From contig JAJCYS010000042.1 of the NCBI GenBank assembly GCA_029262815.1, positions 13,156-77,155 on the forward strand: 64,000 bases of DNA, given 5' to 3'. The position numbers and the translations under genes were made by a program. This DNA comes from Deltaproteobacteria bacterium (lineage in GTDB: Bacteria; Bdellovibrionota; JAJCYS01). Every line of letters begins with the position of its first letter. Position 1 is the first letter of the stretch. This document shows, piece after piece, positions 54,444-64,000 of the stretch. The notes below the pieces were generated by a model, which saw only the letters and a program-made list of their open reading frames with translations, made no database searches and was not told the DNA's origin.

Positions 54444-55403
54444 TTACCTTTGGGATGTAGTATACCCCTGAAAAAGTTCAAACAAGGTATCTAAGGGTTC
54501 CCAATGTTCGCTGGGGACTTTCTGCTGCCATGGGATTTGGGATAGGGTTTGTAGAGCTACTTCAAAATAGTCTTTATAGTCAGGCCGTACGTCATTTGAA
54601 AGACGGAGAAAATTTCCTAATATTTTACAGAGCCTGAGAGCTACATTGAGCCAAATATCTGGTGAACTGAGAGTCTTATGGTGGGTGCAGAATAAATGGA
54701 CAAGTGATTGTGCGGTGTCTGGTGAGGCCTGAAAAAAACCTCTGTCCGCAATGAGTGAGGCGATGTCGTAGCTCTCAGGTCCCAATCGTGGGTCATGGTA
54801 ATCAATGACCCGAACCTGATTTTCATAAGTCATAATGTTTTCCCAATGGAAGTCATGATGTGTAAAAACTTGCGGTAAGGCATGGAAGTGAGTGATGAGT
54901 GTGCCTATCCAATTTTGGACAATTTCAAACCCAGATTTATGAGGGAGAAAAGTAAAAAAATCATTTAATTCGGATGAATTAGAGCCTTCTTCATAAATAG
55001 AAGTAATACTCAAGGCTTGGTCAGTGGATATCTTTTGGATATTCAAGATTTGACTGCAAATTTCGGTGAAGTGGTGTGCAATTGAAGGGCTGCAGTTTTT
55101 TAAATGTGTGGTACCCAGATCCTCAAATAAGATGTGTGAATTGTGGTGGGCTAATATATGAGGAATAGCCACACCGGCTTTTTGATATAAAGCATGAAGG
55201 GTAAGTAAATGGGCCAGAGTTTCTTCTGCGCCTATTTTACAAAGAAGAGCGGTTTGGCCTTGAGGCGTGTGTAAACGATAGTATCTTCTTGAAGAGGCAT
55301 CGGGTTGCAAGGGCGTAATACGGAAAGACTTCTCAAAACCAGGAACGGTTTTAATCCAGCGAGTTTCATGGTTGGATAAGTAATGCGTACCCATAATTGA
55401 CAA
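54444..55403 (-). CDS. amgK: AmgK-like anomeric MurNAc/GlcNAc kinase (APH-fold phosphotransferase)
   Basis: DASSRRYYR, EDLG, HHDFHWENIM, IDYHD..GPESYDIASL, KILGNF.RL. Confidence 0.75.
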   Translation of the reverse strand: MSIMGTHYLSNHETRWIKTVPGFEKSFRITPLQPDASSRRYYRLHTPQGQTALLCKIGAEETLAHLLTLHALYQKAGVAIPHILAHHNSHILFEDLGTTHLKNCSPSIAHHFTEICSQILNIQKISTDQALSITSIYEEGSNSSELNDFFTFLPHKSGFEIVQNWIGTLITHFHALPQVFTHHDFHWENIMTYENQVRVIDYHDPRLGPESYDIASLIADRGFFQASPDTAQSLVHLFCTHHKTLSSPDIWLNVALRLCKILGNFLRLSNDVRPDYKDYFEVALQTLSQIPWQQKVPSEHWEPLDTLFELFQGYTTSQR

Positions 55404-55460
55404 AGTGGGATGTCTTTTGAGACAATAAATTCAAGATATCAAATCTACCCGGACTGTTCT

Positions 55461-56831
55461 ATGTCTTTTTTGAAACAAACATATCTAATCATCAGCCTAC
55501 TCGGAGTGGGACTTTTTGTCCAAGACGCCGTGGCTGCCCCTTTTGATTTGAAGTGGTACGCGTTGGATGAGGTTTCATCGGGTGTAGGTGCGGCTGGTGT
55601 GCCTTTGAGTGAATCGATTGTATACAAAAACCTGCCAGAAGAAATAGACTATGGAACTTTTTCGTATGCAGAATTGAGCAAACGCGCTGATATGCTTATT
55701 GCGTTGTCAAATGGCGAGCCGGTAGACAACGCCCGTCTTGCGTTTCAAGAAGAAGAGCTTTCAGGTTCGTTCAATTTAGATTCATATGTGGCTTCTAAGC
55801 AAACTCCACTGAATAATACTGGCGAAGTGTCTGGGCAACCGAACCTGTGTGACGGACTCTGGGTATCTCATGAAGTTGCGTTAACCTTAGCCTCATTACC
55901 TGCATTAGATGCAATGCCTCTAGAGCAGACTGAACAGCAATTCGGTGCATGTATCCGGACTTTGGATATTTCGCATGAGAATCGAACGGATTATATGTGG
56001 GGAAGATATCGACTCAGTGTCATTGGCAGGGCATTACAAGCACAGGTCTCGCTTGACCAGGTTGAACACTATTTCGAGAGTCGAACAACAGTCGTGTATA
56101 TTCCGCATTGGGAGTTGTTGTCGCCTGATGGGTTAGATGTATGGGTAGATGGACAGCCTGTTGCTTCAAAAATTATATCAAATCAAGCTTCAACAGGGGC
56201 TTGGGTCCTTTTAAACTTGTCGCCTGGACAGGTGTATCAAATCAGATTAGAAGCGCTGGGTTATGCCCCCCGAGAAATTTTTGTCGACCGAGTTAACACA
56301 AAGCATGCTCTGATTGTGATGGGAACAGAACCAGCCGTGACTGGAGCAATCTCTGATCATGAGCAGGTCAAGCTTGTGACTTTAAACCTAGAGCCTGTAG
56401 CGCCCAGCAATGTCTTTCATTATGATTTAGGTCAGAGTCGGTTCTTGCCGTTTGCGATGAGTACAATTAAGTTGAAAAACGTTGGAACCCCGTCTGTATT
56501 TGATGTCTTGTCTCGGCGGCCTTTTTTTTGGTATCGCGGACAGAAAGCACGCGCCTATCATTTGAAATCACATTTAGCGTTACTTGAAGAAGCTTATGCG
56601 GAGAAAGTATCAGATCGTGTCATGGTGGTTGTGAGATCCGATGAGGCACACGAACCGATCATTACTCGGTTCAGCTCTCAGGGGGGACGAATCCAAGTCG
56701 TGCCAACGGGAATATTTCGTGCACCTGGGGATATGAAGGCGTACGTGATTGAGCCAAAAGAGGGCGAATATTGGATAGATGACAAGATAGTGACTACCCT
56801 ATCGGGGTATGACGTTTTGATCACACCATAG
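55461..56831 (+). CDS. Hypothetical secreted protein with PEGA-like segment
   Basis: Signal peptide ending DAVA; SPDGLDVWVDG…LSPG…LEALGY pattern (ATG at 55410 also possible). Confidence 0.65.
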   Translation: MSFLKQTYLIISLLGVGLFVQDAVAAPFDLKWYALDEVSSGVGAAGVPLSESIVYKNLPEEIDYGTFSYAELSKRADMLIALSNGEPVDNARLAFQEEELSGSFNLDSYVASKQTPLNNTGEVSGQPNLCDGLWVSHEVALTLASLPALDAMPLEQTEQQFGACIRTLDISHENRTDYMWGRYRLSVIGRALQAQVSLDQVEHYFESRTTVVYIPHWELLSPDGLDVWVDGQPVASKIISNQASTGAWVLLNLSPGQVYQIRLEALGYAPREIFVDRVNTKHALIVMGTEPAVTGAISDHEQVKLVTLNLEPVAPSNVFHYDLGQSRFLPFAMSTIKLKNVGTPSVFDVLSRRPFFWYRGQKARAYHLKSHLALLEEAYAEKVSDRVMVVVRSDEAHEPIITRFSSQGGRIQVVPTGIFRAPGDMKAYVIEPKEGEYWIDDKIVTTLSGYDVLITP

Positions 56832-56866
56832 TGCTTCATAAGAATTAATGGCATAATAGATTACAC

Positions 56867-57247
56867 ATGGCTTCTCAAGGAAATTGGCTACTACTTGCCC
56901 GCTATGCTCTGAAGCATCGCTTATCTGTTTCTACCGTACGTCGGTATATCAAAAAAAATAAGGTAACCTATCGCTTTTTAGATCATAAATACTACATCAA
57001 AGATGAAGCAGTTGAGGGGGCACAGGGAATGACACCACAAGAAACTCGGAGCGAAGAAGGGGTAAAGCAGTTACTCGAATTTTGTAAACAGCTGATTCAT
57101 GAAAAAGAAAAAATGTACCAAGATCTTTTGAAAGATAAGATTAGAGAAATCGCCAGTCTGAAAGAACGATTATCTGAACAACGAATGCTCATCAATATTA
57201 TGGAAGAAAAACTCCATCAAGGCCAAAGACCTAGCGGAGCCATCTAG
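56867..57247 (+). CDS. MerR/excisionase-like HTH plus coiled-coil protein
   Basis: YALKHRLSVSTVRRYIK HTH; C-terminal heptads KIREIASLKERLSEQRMLINIMEEKL. Confidence 0.75.
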   Translation: MASQGNWLLLARYALKHRLSVSTVRRYIKKNKVTYRFLDHKYYIKDEAVEGAQGMTPQETRSEEGVKQLLEFCKQLIHEKEKMYQDLLKDKIREIASLKERLSEQRMLINIMEEKLHQGQRPSGAI

Positions 57248-57253
57248 AGTTTG

Positions 57254-57295
57254 TGGATCCCCGCTCCCTCGCTTACGTTCGTGTCGGGGATGACA
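57254..57295. repeat. REP-like palindrome between convergent genes
   Basis: tggatccccgctc…cgtgtcggggatgaca, closely matching 10-46. Confidence 0.75.
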
Positions 57296-57323
57296 AATAA
57301 ACAGGTGAAGCGGGAAAAAATAT

Positions 57324-58043
57324 TTATTTGGCTAAAGCGTACCAAGCAGTTTGGTAAATCAGGAATGTTTCTTCAGCGGTAAATGATGTCGCAAGATGAG
57401 GCGAAGAAGACTGACATGCTCCTTGACTTAGCAATTCAACAAAAGATTCTGAAAGTAAATTAGATAAGGAATGCATGTGGTGTTTCAATGCTTTTGAGTC
57501 AGACTCAAGGTAGAGCAGACAGGCCAATTGCCACGCTTTAGAATAGGCTTTCTGGGTTAAAGCATAGGCCAATGCCTTTTTTTTCTGTTGGACGGTCAAA
57601 GTTTTTTTGAGGAGTTGTTCGGCAGAGATTGTTTTTCGTGTCAAATCTGAGAGAGCTAATCGTTCCTTGAGATTATCACGCGCGGATTTGATAGCACGAT
57701 CGAAGGTCATTGATTTTGCTAAGGCACCTACATAACGGATAGGGGCCCAGCCTTTTTGATTAGGTGCAAAAGGGTCTTGAATATAGACCCAAACCTCATC
57801 TCCAATGTGCTTTTTTTCTAAAGTTGTGACCGTTTGCCCAAAAAAGAAAGTAGAGCCGAGTTGAGTAGATGTGGGATTAAGCCGTGTCTTCAATTTTGAT
57901 GCAAGCACTAACCTAAAATCCGATGACTTAACGGGCAAAGCAGTGCCTTCTACACTAGATGCAAAGAGTGCAAAAAAAAGTATAAACAGGGTGTTATTGA
58001 GATATTTCCGGTTGCGGCACTGTTTCATGGTCATTGTCATCAA
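57324..58043 (-). CDS. Exported SH3b-like domain protein
   Basis: Signal peptide; LKTRLNP…GQTV…WVYI…KGW pattern. Confidence 0.6.
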   Translation of the reverse strand: MMTMTMKQCRNRKYLNNTLFILFFALFASSVEGTALPVKSSDFRLVLASKLKTRLNPTSTQLGSTFFFGQTVTTLEKKHIGDEVWVYIQDPFAPNQKGWAPIRYVGALAKSMTFDRAIKSARDNLKERLALSDLTRKTISAEQLLKKTLTVQQKKKALAYALTQKAYSKAWQLACLLYLESDSKALKHHMHSLSNLLSESFVELLSQGACQSSSPHLATSFTAEETFLIYQTAWYALAK

Positions 58044-58494
58044 TCAGGGATAAGGAGTCTTGTTCAACAGACTCAGCTCTTAATAGAGCAAGATGCCGAT
58101 CACAGATCGACTTGAGATCATTCAATATGATTTGCTTTTGTTTTTGTAAGCGAACCAAATCTTGTTCTAAAAGCCCCTTTTTGTCATGTGCTTTCTCAAT
58201 AATTTGAGTTGCCTCATGTTTAGCAGCTTCAACGATTTGATTTTTTCGCTCTTGTGCCTCTTGATCCATTTTGTGCGAATAGTTGTTCACCATTTGCATA
58301 GTTTCTTTTAAGGCACGTTCTTTTTCCTCAAAACTCTTCAAGGTGATATTAGAATTGGAAAGATCACGTTCAAGTTCAGAAGCCTTTTCGTTAGCGACTT
58401 CGAGTTCTTGGTTCAGTTCTTGAATATGTTCATGGACATCTTGGGGGTGTAACCCACCAAATGCTTTTTTTCTAAAGTATGTACTTTCTCCCAT
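57994..58494 (-). CDS. divIVA: DivIVA family protein
   Basis: FRKKAFGGL.PQDV N-terminus, long coiled coil with AKHEATQIIEKA; follows yggS. Confidence 0.85.
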   Translation of the reverse strand: MGESTYFRKKAFGGLHPQDVHEHIQELNQELEVANEKASELERDLSNSNITLKSFEEKERALKETMQMVNNYSHKMDQEAQERKNQIVEAAKHEATQIIEKAHDKKGLLEQDLVRLQKQKQIILNDLKSICDRHLALLRAESVEQDSLSLIDDNDHETVPQPEISQ

Positions 58495-58540
58495 AATACT
58501 TTATATTTTACCTTATTTTTGTAGATATGAGGAACTAATC

Positions 58541-59224
58541 CTATGTTTTATCTCTGGGCCCAAAAATTGTGGTCCCCAGTCGAACATGGGTAGCGCCAAG
58601 CTCAATAGCAATTTTGGCGTCTTGACTCATGCCAAGGCTAAAGATTTTGAATTGTGGGTGAGCCTGTTGAATGCCTCGGAATAAAATCATGGTTTCTCTG
58701 AAGGTGTGGGTGGTTGCTTCGGACCAGAGATCTTTAGAAGAAAAGAGAATAGGATTTGGGCCGATGACCATACCACCTACTATAGGCAGGGTATGGAATT
58801 GTTCAAGGAGGGTTTGAAGCGTGTTGGATGCTAATCCCTGTTGATTGGGATCCTGGGTAGCATTAACTTGCAAAAGCATGTTGGGGATGGGTGCTCCAGA
58901 AGTTTGATAGGCAAGAAACTTATCGAGGTGGCTCTGTTTTCCAACACTGTGAACCAGTTCGATATCTGACCGGCAGAGATGTTTGATTTTGTTGGATTGA
59001 ATGGGGCCGACAAAGTGGATAAATACATCAGACTTATCTTTGAAAAATGTTAGGGTTCGCTCAAGACCGTCAAAGTAACTTTCGCCGAAATGGCGGTATC
59101 CTGCATCATAGGATTGTGCCAATTTCGAATTTGGTTGTTTTTTGGAAATGGCCACAATAGTTACACGTTTAGCAGCTGTTTTTGGGTCACATAATTGTTT
59201 AATCAAGGTGGTGTAGTTGGTCAT
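58541..59224 (-). CDS. yggS: PLP homeostasis protein YggS
   Basis: VAISK, FGESY, HFVGPIQSNK, SLGMSQD, GATHVRLGT.IFG. Confidence 0.92.
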   Translation of the reverse strand: MTNYTTLIKQLCDPKTAAKRVTIVAISKKQPNSKLAQSYDAGYRHFGESYFDGLERTLTFFKDKSDVFIHFVGPIQSNKIKHLCRSDIELVHSVGKQSHLDKFLAYQTSGAPIPNMLLQVNATQDPNQQGLASNTLQTLLEQFHTLPIVGGMVIGPNPILFSSKDLWSEATTHTFRETMILFRGIQQAHPQFKIFSLGMSQDAKIAIELGATHVRLGTTIFGPRDKT

Positions 59225-59874
59225 AAGATTCTCTTTGCCTCTAAATCATCTATAAGTGCAGATATAGGTAGTCCAATAATATTTTCCAAGTCAAAGTGGG
59301 TTTTTGGAGGCATGACCCACCGATTGGCCAAAAAAACCTCAACATGGATCGCCCCAGCCATATGCCTAACTGTACTGTAGTGATTATCCAGATAGCGGAT
59401 TATATCTGATTGGCTGTTTGGGCAAAATTGCAACCGGCTCGTATGGTGATACATAAAGGTGTGGAGAAGTGTTTGATTCTCATAGAGCCCGCCTTTACAG
59501 CAAGTGGTGATCAGAGGCGGTGTTTTTATGTATGATTCAAACCACTTGTGAGTTTGTGCTAAAGATAAAGGTTTAAAACGAGCATGTCCATGATCATAGA
59601 CGACTGTATCGCAAACCACCCCTATAAACCGATTCCATAGAGTAGTATCAAATCTTTTCCACATTTGAAGAGAAGGAACAACGGCTTGCCACTTTAAGTC
59701 AATATTTTCGATATGTTGGGGATGGGGGATTATGGAAGAGCTAACATCCCACGGTTCCTCATCGTAAGTCAAGTATTTTTTGGACAAAAGGGTTATCATA
59801 GGCCTCGTAAGTAAGCATAAGGCTTGGCGTGCAACACTGCTTGAACAAAGTATGATCCTAGGGGGATTAGCCAT
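59221..59874 (-). CDS. maf: Maf-like protein (divergent)
   Basis: IILCSSSVAR, CDTVV, KP, AGA, NIIGLP. Confidence 0.7.
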   Translation of the reverse strand: MANPPRIILCSSSVARQALCLLTRPMITLLSKKYLTYDEEPWDVSSSIIPHPQHIENIDLKWQAVVPSLQMWKRFDTTLWNRFIGVVCDTVVYDHGHARFKPLSLAQTHKWFESYIKTPPLITTCCKGGLYENQTLLHTFMYHHTSRLQFCPNSQSDIIRYLDNHYSTVRHMAGAIHVEVFLANRWVMPPKTHFDLENIIGLPISALIDDLEAKRIL

Positions 59875-59970
59875 AAATATATATTGTTTTATAGTTAAAA
59901 TTAATTAGTTGACTTTTTGCTTAATTATTGATACAAATAATAACACGGATGAACGTAATGGAGGGAAATC

Positions 59971-60462
59971 ATGGCGAATTTTAAAGTAGGTGATAATGCT
60001 GTGTACCCATCCCATGGAGTGGGGCGCATTGCCAGTATTGAACATCGTGAAATCGATGGACAAACTAAATCTTTTTATATCCTGCAAATGTTAGAAACGG
60101 GTATGAAAGTCATGGTTCCGATGGATAAGGTAGAATCTGTTGGGTTAAGGCAAATTATTTCCAAAAAAGCGGTTTCAAAGGTTCTTGATATATTAAAAGG
60201 CAGAGATAAGAAAATTGACAACCAAACATGGAATCGTCGATATCGTCAATATATGGAAAAAATTCGCACCGGATCTCCTTTTGAGATAGCGAGTGTGTTA
60301 CGGGACCTGTACCTCTTAAAATCAGACAAAGATTTGAGCTTTGGAGAGCGTAAAATGTTGGATACGGCCAAAAGCTTTTTGGTCAAAGAAATCTCTATCG
60401 CTAAAGAGATTGACGAAGGCGAGGTCGAAAAACAAATCACCAATATTTTTGGTACTTGCTAG
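59971..60462 (+). CDS. carD: CarD/CdnL RNA polymerase-binding factor
   Basis: FKVGD.AVYPSHGVG, TWNRRYR, LSFGERKML. Confidence 0.97.
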   Translation: MANFKVGDNAVYPSHGVGRIASIEHREIDGQTKSFYILQMLETGMKVMVPMDKVESVGLRQIISKKAVSKVLDILKGRDKKIDNQTWNRRYRQYMEKIRTGSPFEIASVLRDLYLLKSDKDLSFGERKMLDTAKSFLVKEISIAKEIDEGEVEKQITNIFGTC

Positions 60463-60614
60463 GACGCGTCCTAGAACTAGGCCCAGATTCAAAAATAGCT
60501 TCTATTCGATTCAGTTGCAGTTTGCCAACTCATAGTATTCGGCTGGAAATACTCTCAATTAAGGCCGGTAAAGGAACTTTCAATTTATAGGCTGAGCTGG
60601 TAAAGTTAGCGTCT

Positions 60615-62063
60615 ATGCGAGTACGATTTGCGCCAAGTCCAACGGGGGATTTGCATCTAGGGGGAGCCCGAACGGCTCTCATGAATTATGCATTCACCAA
60701 AGCCCATTCAAATGGAAAATTTATTTTACGAATTGAGGACACGGATCAAGAACGGTCTTCAAGAGCTTCTGAAGAGGCTATTTCAAAAGCGTTAAAAGCG
60801 TGTGGAATTCTATGGGATGAGGGGCCAGATTGTGGTGGAGCATTAGGTCCTTATCGCCAGAGTGAACGTTTAGATATCTACAAAAATCACATTGATACTT
60901 TATTGGAAAATCGAAAGGCCTATCGGTGTTTTTTTACGGATGATGAATTAGCTCAGATGAAAGAAACCTCTGGACAAAAAATATTTCGGTTGCCAGATAC
61001 GTATCGATCATTAACCCAGGACGCAGCGCAAAATCTCGTTGATCAGGGAAAGCCGTACACGATTCGACTAGATGTATCACAGTGTGCGTCCGAGTATACA
61101 TTTAAGGACATGCTAAAGGATAGTGTTGTGCTGCCATCTCTGATGGTTGATGACTTCGTTATTTATCGTAGTAATGGATTTCCGACGTATAACTTTGCAG
61201 CTGCAGTGGATGATCACTTAATGGAGATGACGCATGTCATCCGTGGAGAAGAGCATCTCTCAAATACTTTGCGCCAACTTATGGTTTATGATGCGTTTGA
61301 TTGGGTGCCTCCAACCTTTTTGCATATGCCTTTGATTATGGGGAGAGATGCAGAGGGGAATCCATCAAAACTAAGCAAACGGCATGGTGACGTTTCTGTT
61401 TTGACTTTTTTGGAAAAAGGCGTACTTCCTGAGGCTTTTACCAACTATCTGTTGACTCTGGGATATACATATCCCAACAACGTAGAAATGTACTCACTTG
61501 ATGAGTTAATCTCAGGGTTTGATTTGCAGTATTTTTCGAAGAGCGCAGCGTTTTGGGATATCAAAAAATTATATTGGTACAACACAGAGTATCTCAAACA
61601 GATGTCAGACGATGATTTTTTTGATCTGGCTAAAAAATACCTGACACCAGAGACGGTTCCTGAGAATTTCTACAACGCACTTGAAACATTCAAAGCATGC
61701 ATTGTGTACTATAAGGCGCACATTGAACTCTTGAGCGAGTTGCCAGAACACCTTGCGTTGTTTTTTGATCCCGCTCAAGAATTATCGAATGAATCCAAAA
61801 CTTATTTATCTGATGCCGAAAACGCCGAAGCCTTTTGGCGTGTACAGGATGCTCTCTTGGAGCTCATCCGACCAGACTGTGTATTTAGCGAGGTGTTGAA
61901 TCAAGTCAAAGAAAAAACGGGACTGAAAGGGAAACGTTTATTTATGTCAATACGCGTGGCATTAACGAATGCTTCTAGCGGACCTGAGTTGAGTGAAATT
62001 GTGGATCGTGTGCCTACTGATTGGTTATTGACACGGCTTCGTGCGTTTAACAGGGAAAGCTGA
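60615..62063 (+). CDS. gltX: Glutamate--tRNA ligase
   Basis: RFAPSPTGDLHLGG, RIEDTD, RGEEH, KLSKR. Confidence 0.97.
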   Translation: MRVRFAPSPTGDLHLGGARTALMNYAFTKAHSNGKFILRIEDTDQERSSRASEEAISKALKACGILWDEGPDCGGALGPYRQSERLDIYKNHIDTLLENRKAYRCFFTDDELAQMKETSGQKIFRLPDTYRSLTQDAAQNLVDQGKPYTIRLDVSQCASEYTFKDMLKDSVVLPSLMVDDFVIYRSNGFPTYNFAAAVDDHLMEMTHVIRGEEHLSNTLRQLMVYDAFDWVPPTFLHMPLIMGRDAEGNPSKLSKRHGDVSVLTFLEKGVLPEAFTNYLLTLGYTYPNNVEMYSLDELISGFDLQYFSKSAAFWDIKKLYWYNTEYLKQMSDDDFFDLAKKYLTPETVPENFYNALETFKACIVYYKAHIELLSELPEHLALFFDPAQELSNESKTYLSDAENAEAFWRVQDALLELIRPDCVFSEVLNQVKEKTGLKGKRLFMSIRVALTNASSGPELSEIVDRVPTDWLLTRLRAFNRES

Positions 62064-62068
62064 AAAGC

Positions 62069-63502
62069 ATGGATTTTCAAATTTACGATACTTTAAGTCG
62101 GACACGCGTGGTTCTTTCAACTGAGACGTATCGTGTTGATCCTTTGAATATCTACGTATGCGGTCCCACAGTTTACAATTTGATCCATATTGGAAATGCA
62201 CGGACGTTTTTTTTCTTTGATTGCTTTGTGCGATTTTGTCGGGCTGTGGATATGCAGGTCAACTATGTTCGAAATATTACGGACATTGATGACAAGATCA
62301 TCAAAAAAGCTTCTGAAGAAAATGGTGATTGCCAGAAAGTCAGTGAAACGTATTTGCAGGCTTTTGAAGATGATATGGCTCATCTGAGTGAATTTATGCC
62401 TGACATTTCGCCTAAGGCAACAAACCATATTTCTCAAATGATCTCGTTGATATCTACTTTGATTGATCGAGGGATTGCTTATTCTCTTCGTGATGGGGTG
62501 TATTACGACATCAGTAAATTCCCCGATTATGGAAAGTTGAGTCGAAAAAAACAAGAAGATTTACTTTCTGGTGTTCGAATCGATTTGAATGATCAAAAAC
62601 GAAATCCTGGTGATTTTGTGTTATGGAAATTTGAAAAACCTGGAGAGCCTGCATGGGAAGCTGATTTTGGGAATGGTCGTCCCGGTTGGCACATCGAGTG
62701 CTCAGTAATGGCTGACCTACATGCTGAAGGAGATCTGCATATACATGGGGGAGGTGTGGATTTGATTCACCCGCATCATGAAAATGAGATTGCGCAATCT
62801 GAGGTCGTTAAATCACCTTTTTCACGTTATTGGATGCATGTCGCTTTTTTGAATATTGGCAAAGAGAAAATGTCCAAGTCGAAGGCCAATTTTATTTTGC
62901 TGCGAACATTGCTTGAGTGGTTTCATCCCGAAGTCATTCGGTTTATGCTGCTTTCTGGCCATTACCGAAGTCCACTCAGTTTCAATCAGCAGATTCTGAT
63001 TGAAAAACATCATGCGCTATGTCGGTTTTACACCTATAAAAAACAAGTCCAGTCCTTTGTCGATCAATCTGGAGGATTGGTCAATATTCCGGCAGATCAA
63101 AATTCATTGCTCCAGATTCTCGCTGAAGATATGAACACACCTAAAGTGATAGGGGGCATATTTGATACACTCAAGCGAGCTGCGAAAGAAGTGGCATCAA
63201 ATAAAGCAAATGAAGCAACGCTAAAACAACTATCGGCGGTTTATGCTGTATCAAAAGTATTGGGTCTATTTGGTTCAATGCCACAAGATTTTTTTGACGC
63301 ATCTGAGCAGAAGATGTTGTCGAAACTTAAAGTATCTAAGGTGTTTATTGAGGGGAAAATTCTTGAACGTTTAAAAGCAAGGCAATCAAAGGATTATAAA
63401 ACATCTGACATGATAAGGGATGAATTGCAAAGCCACGGTGTTGTAATTCAAGATTTAGAAAATGAGCAAGTTAGCTGGTGCCTTTCCCCTCAACTGGATT
63501 GA
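62069..63502 (+). CDS. cysS: Cysteine--tRNA ligase
   Basis: CGPTVY, HIGNAR, GRPGWHIECS, HHENEIAQ, KMSKS. Confidence 0.97.
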   Translation: MDFQIYDTLSRTRVVLSTETYRVDPLNIYVCGPTVYNLIHIGNARTFFFFDCFVRFCRAVDMQVNYVRNITDIDDKIIKKASEENGDCQKVSETYLQAFEDDMAHLSEFMPDISPKATNHISQMISLISTLIDRGIAYSLRDGVYYDISKFPDYGKLSRKKQEDLLSGVRIDLNDQKRNPGDFVLWKFEKPGEPAWEADFGNGRPGWHIECSVMADLHAEGDLHIHGGGVDLIHPHHENEIAQSEVVKSPFSRYWMHVAFLNIGKEKMSKSKANFILLRTLLEWFHPEVIRFMLLSGHYRSPLSFNQQILIEKHHALCRFYTYKKQVQSFVDQSGGLVNIPADQNSLLQILAEDMNTPKVIGGIFDTLKRAAKEVASNKANEATLKQLSAVYAVSKVLGLFGSMPQDFFDASEQKMLSKLKVSKVFIEGKILERLKARQSKDYKTSDMIRDELQSHGVVIQDLENEQVSWCLSPQLD

Positions 63503-63953
63503 TCAACTAGAGCGTTCTGCGTTAGTTGCGCAAGATTCTGGCGATATTCCCATTTCGGCAGTTTGCATCGACACATTAACAGGTGGGTATGCAGTTTGTT
63601 CAAACAGAGTAGAAAAAATAAGTTCCAGTTTAGCCCATGCAGAATGTCTTGCTCTTAGTGAAATGCAAAATAAATTGGGAACACGATTTCTAACCGATTG
63701 TATTTTGGTTTCGACGTTGGAGCCGTGTACGATGTGTATGGGAGCGGCTGCTCAAGCTCGTGTGGCTGGTGTCTTATATTTTTTGAGTGATGAAAAAGGG
63801 GGGTATTTTTCTCATCACCGGATTCTTGTTTCTGACAAAGTACCTATGCGTCACATGTTGGGGACGCATACCTGTTGGGTTCGAAAGGTTGTTGGGATCG
63901 AAGAACGATTTTTAAACTTATTACAGGTTTTCTTTCAATCCCTAAGAGAATAA
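63462..63953 (+). CDS. tadA: tRNA adenosine deaminase-like protein
   Basis: HAE and TLEPCTMCMGA zinc motifs, DEKGG. Confidence 0.8.
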   Translation: MSKLAGAFPLNWIDQLERSALVAQDSGDIPISAVCIDTLTGGYAVCSNRVEKISSSLAHAECLALSEMQNKLGTRFLTDCILVSTLEPCTMCMGAAAQARVAGVLYFLSDEKGGYFSHHRILVSDKVPMRHMLGTHTCWVRKVVGIEERFLNLLQVFFQSLRE

Positions 63954-64000
63954 TAGTCAACTCTCACCCAGACCACGGAGTCTCAGATTAGCTTTGCTGT

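Noticed and set aside
56849..56866. Sigma-54-like TGGCAT upstream of the HTH gene
   Set aside because: No GC at the -12 position with correct spacing
60463..60614. Possible tRNA between carD and gltX
   Set aside because: No acceptor stem with properly placed D and T arms could be folded
63462..63502. cysS/tadA 41-bp overlap as programmed frameshift or fusion
   Set aside because: Both genes are complete with own start and stop; overlaps are frequent in this compact region

Overview
Chromosomal origin region of a Bdellovibrionota/deltaproteobacterium-like organism (inferred from gene order: dnaA-dnaN-gyrB-gyrA-TPR-atpZIBE leftwards; rpmH-rnpA-yidD-yidC-jag-mnmE-mnmG-parA-parB-bactofilin-atpF'FHAGDC rightwards; carD, divIVA and GS-III also present). 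It holds a probable oriC between dnaA and dnaN, three parS sites, a nucleoside-salvage operon, a peptidoglycan-recycling-like operon, several inserted secreted orphan genes and a dispersed REP-like palindrome family. No rRNA, tRNA, CRISPR array or transposase was recognised. Most notable: (1) a second full-length DnaA about 16 kb from oriC whose motif losses are complementary to those of the origin-linked DnaA, together with non-canonical TTTCAACA boxes at oriC; (2) recF is absent from its usual slot, which holds a structured gyrB leader with a duplicated co-varying hairpin and a sequestered 15-codon uORF; (3) fabH is inserted between gyrB and gyrA; (4) a histidine-kinase-like protein lacks ATP-binding boxes; (5) a RacA-like HTH/coiled-coil gene faces the divIVA operon. 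All assignments come from motifs read by eye; no searches were run.
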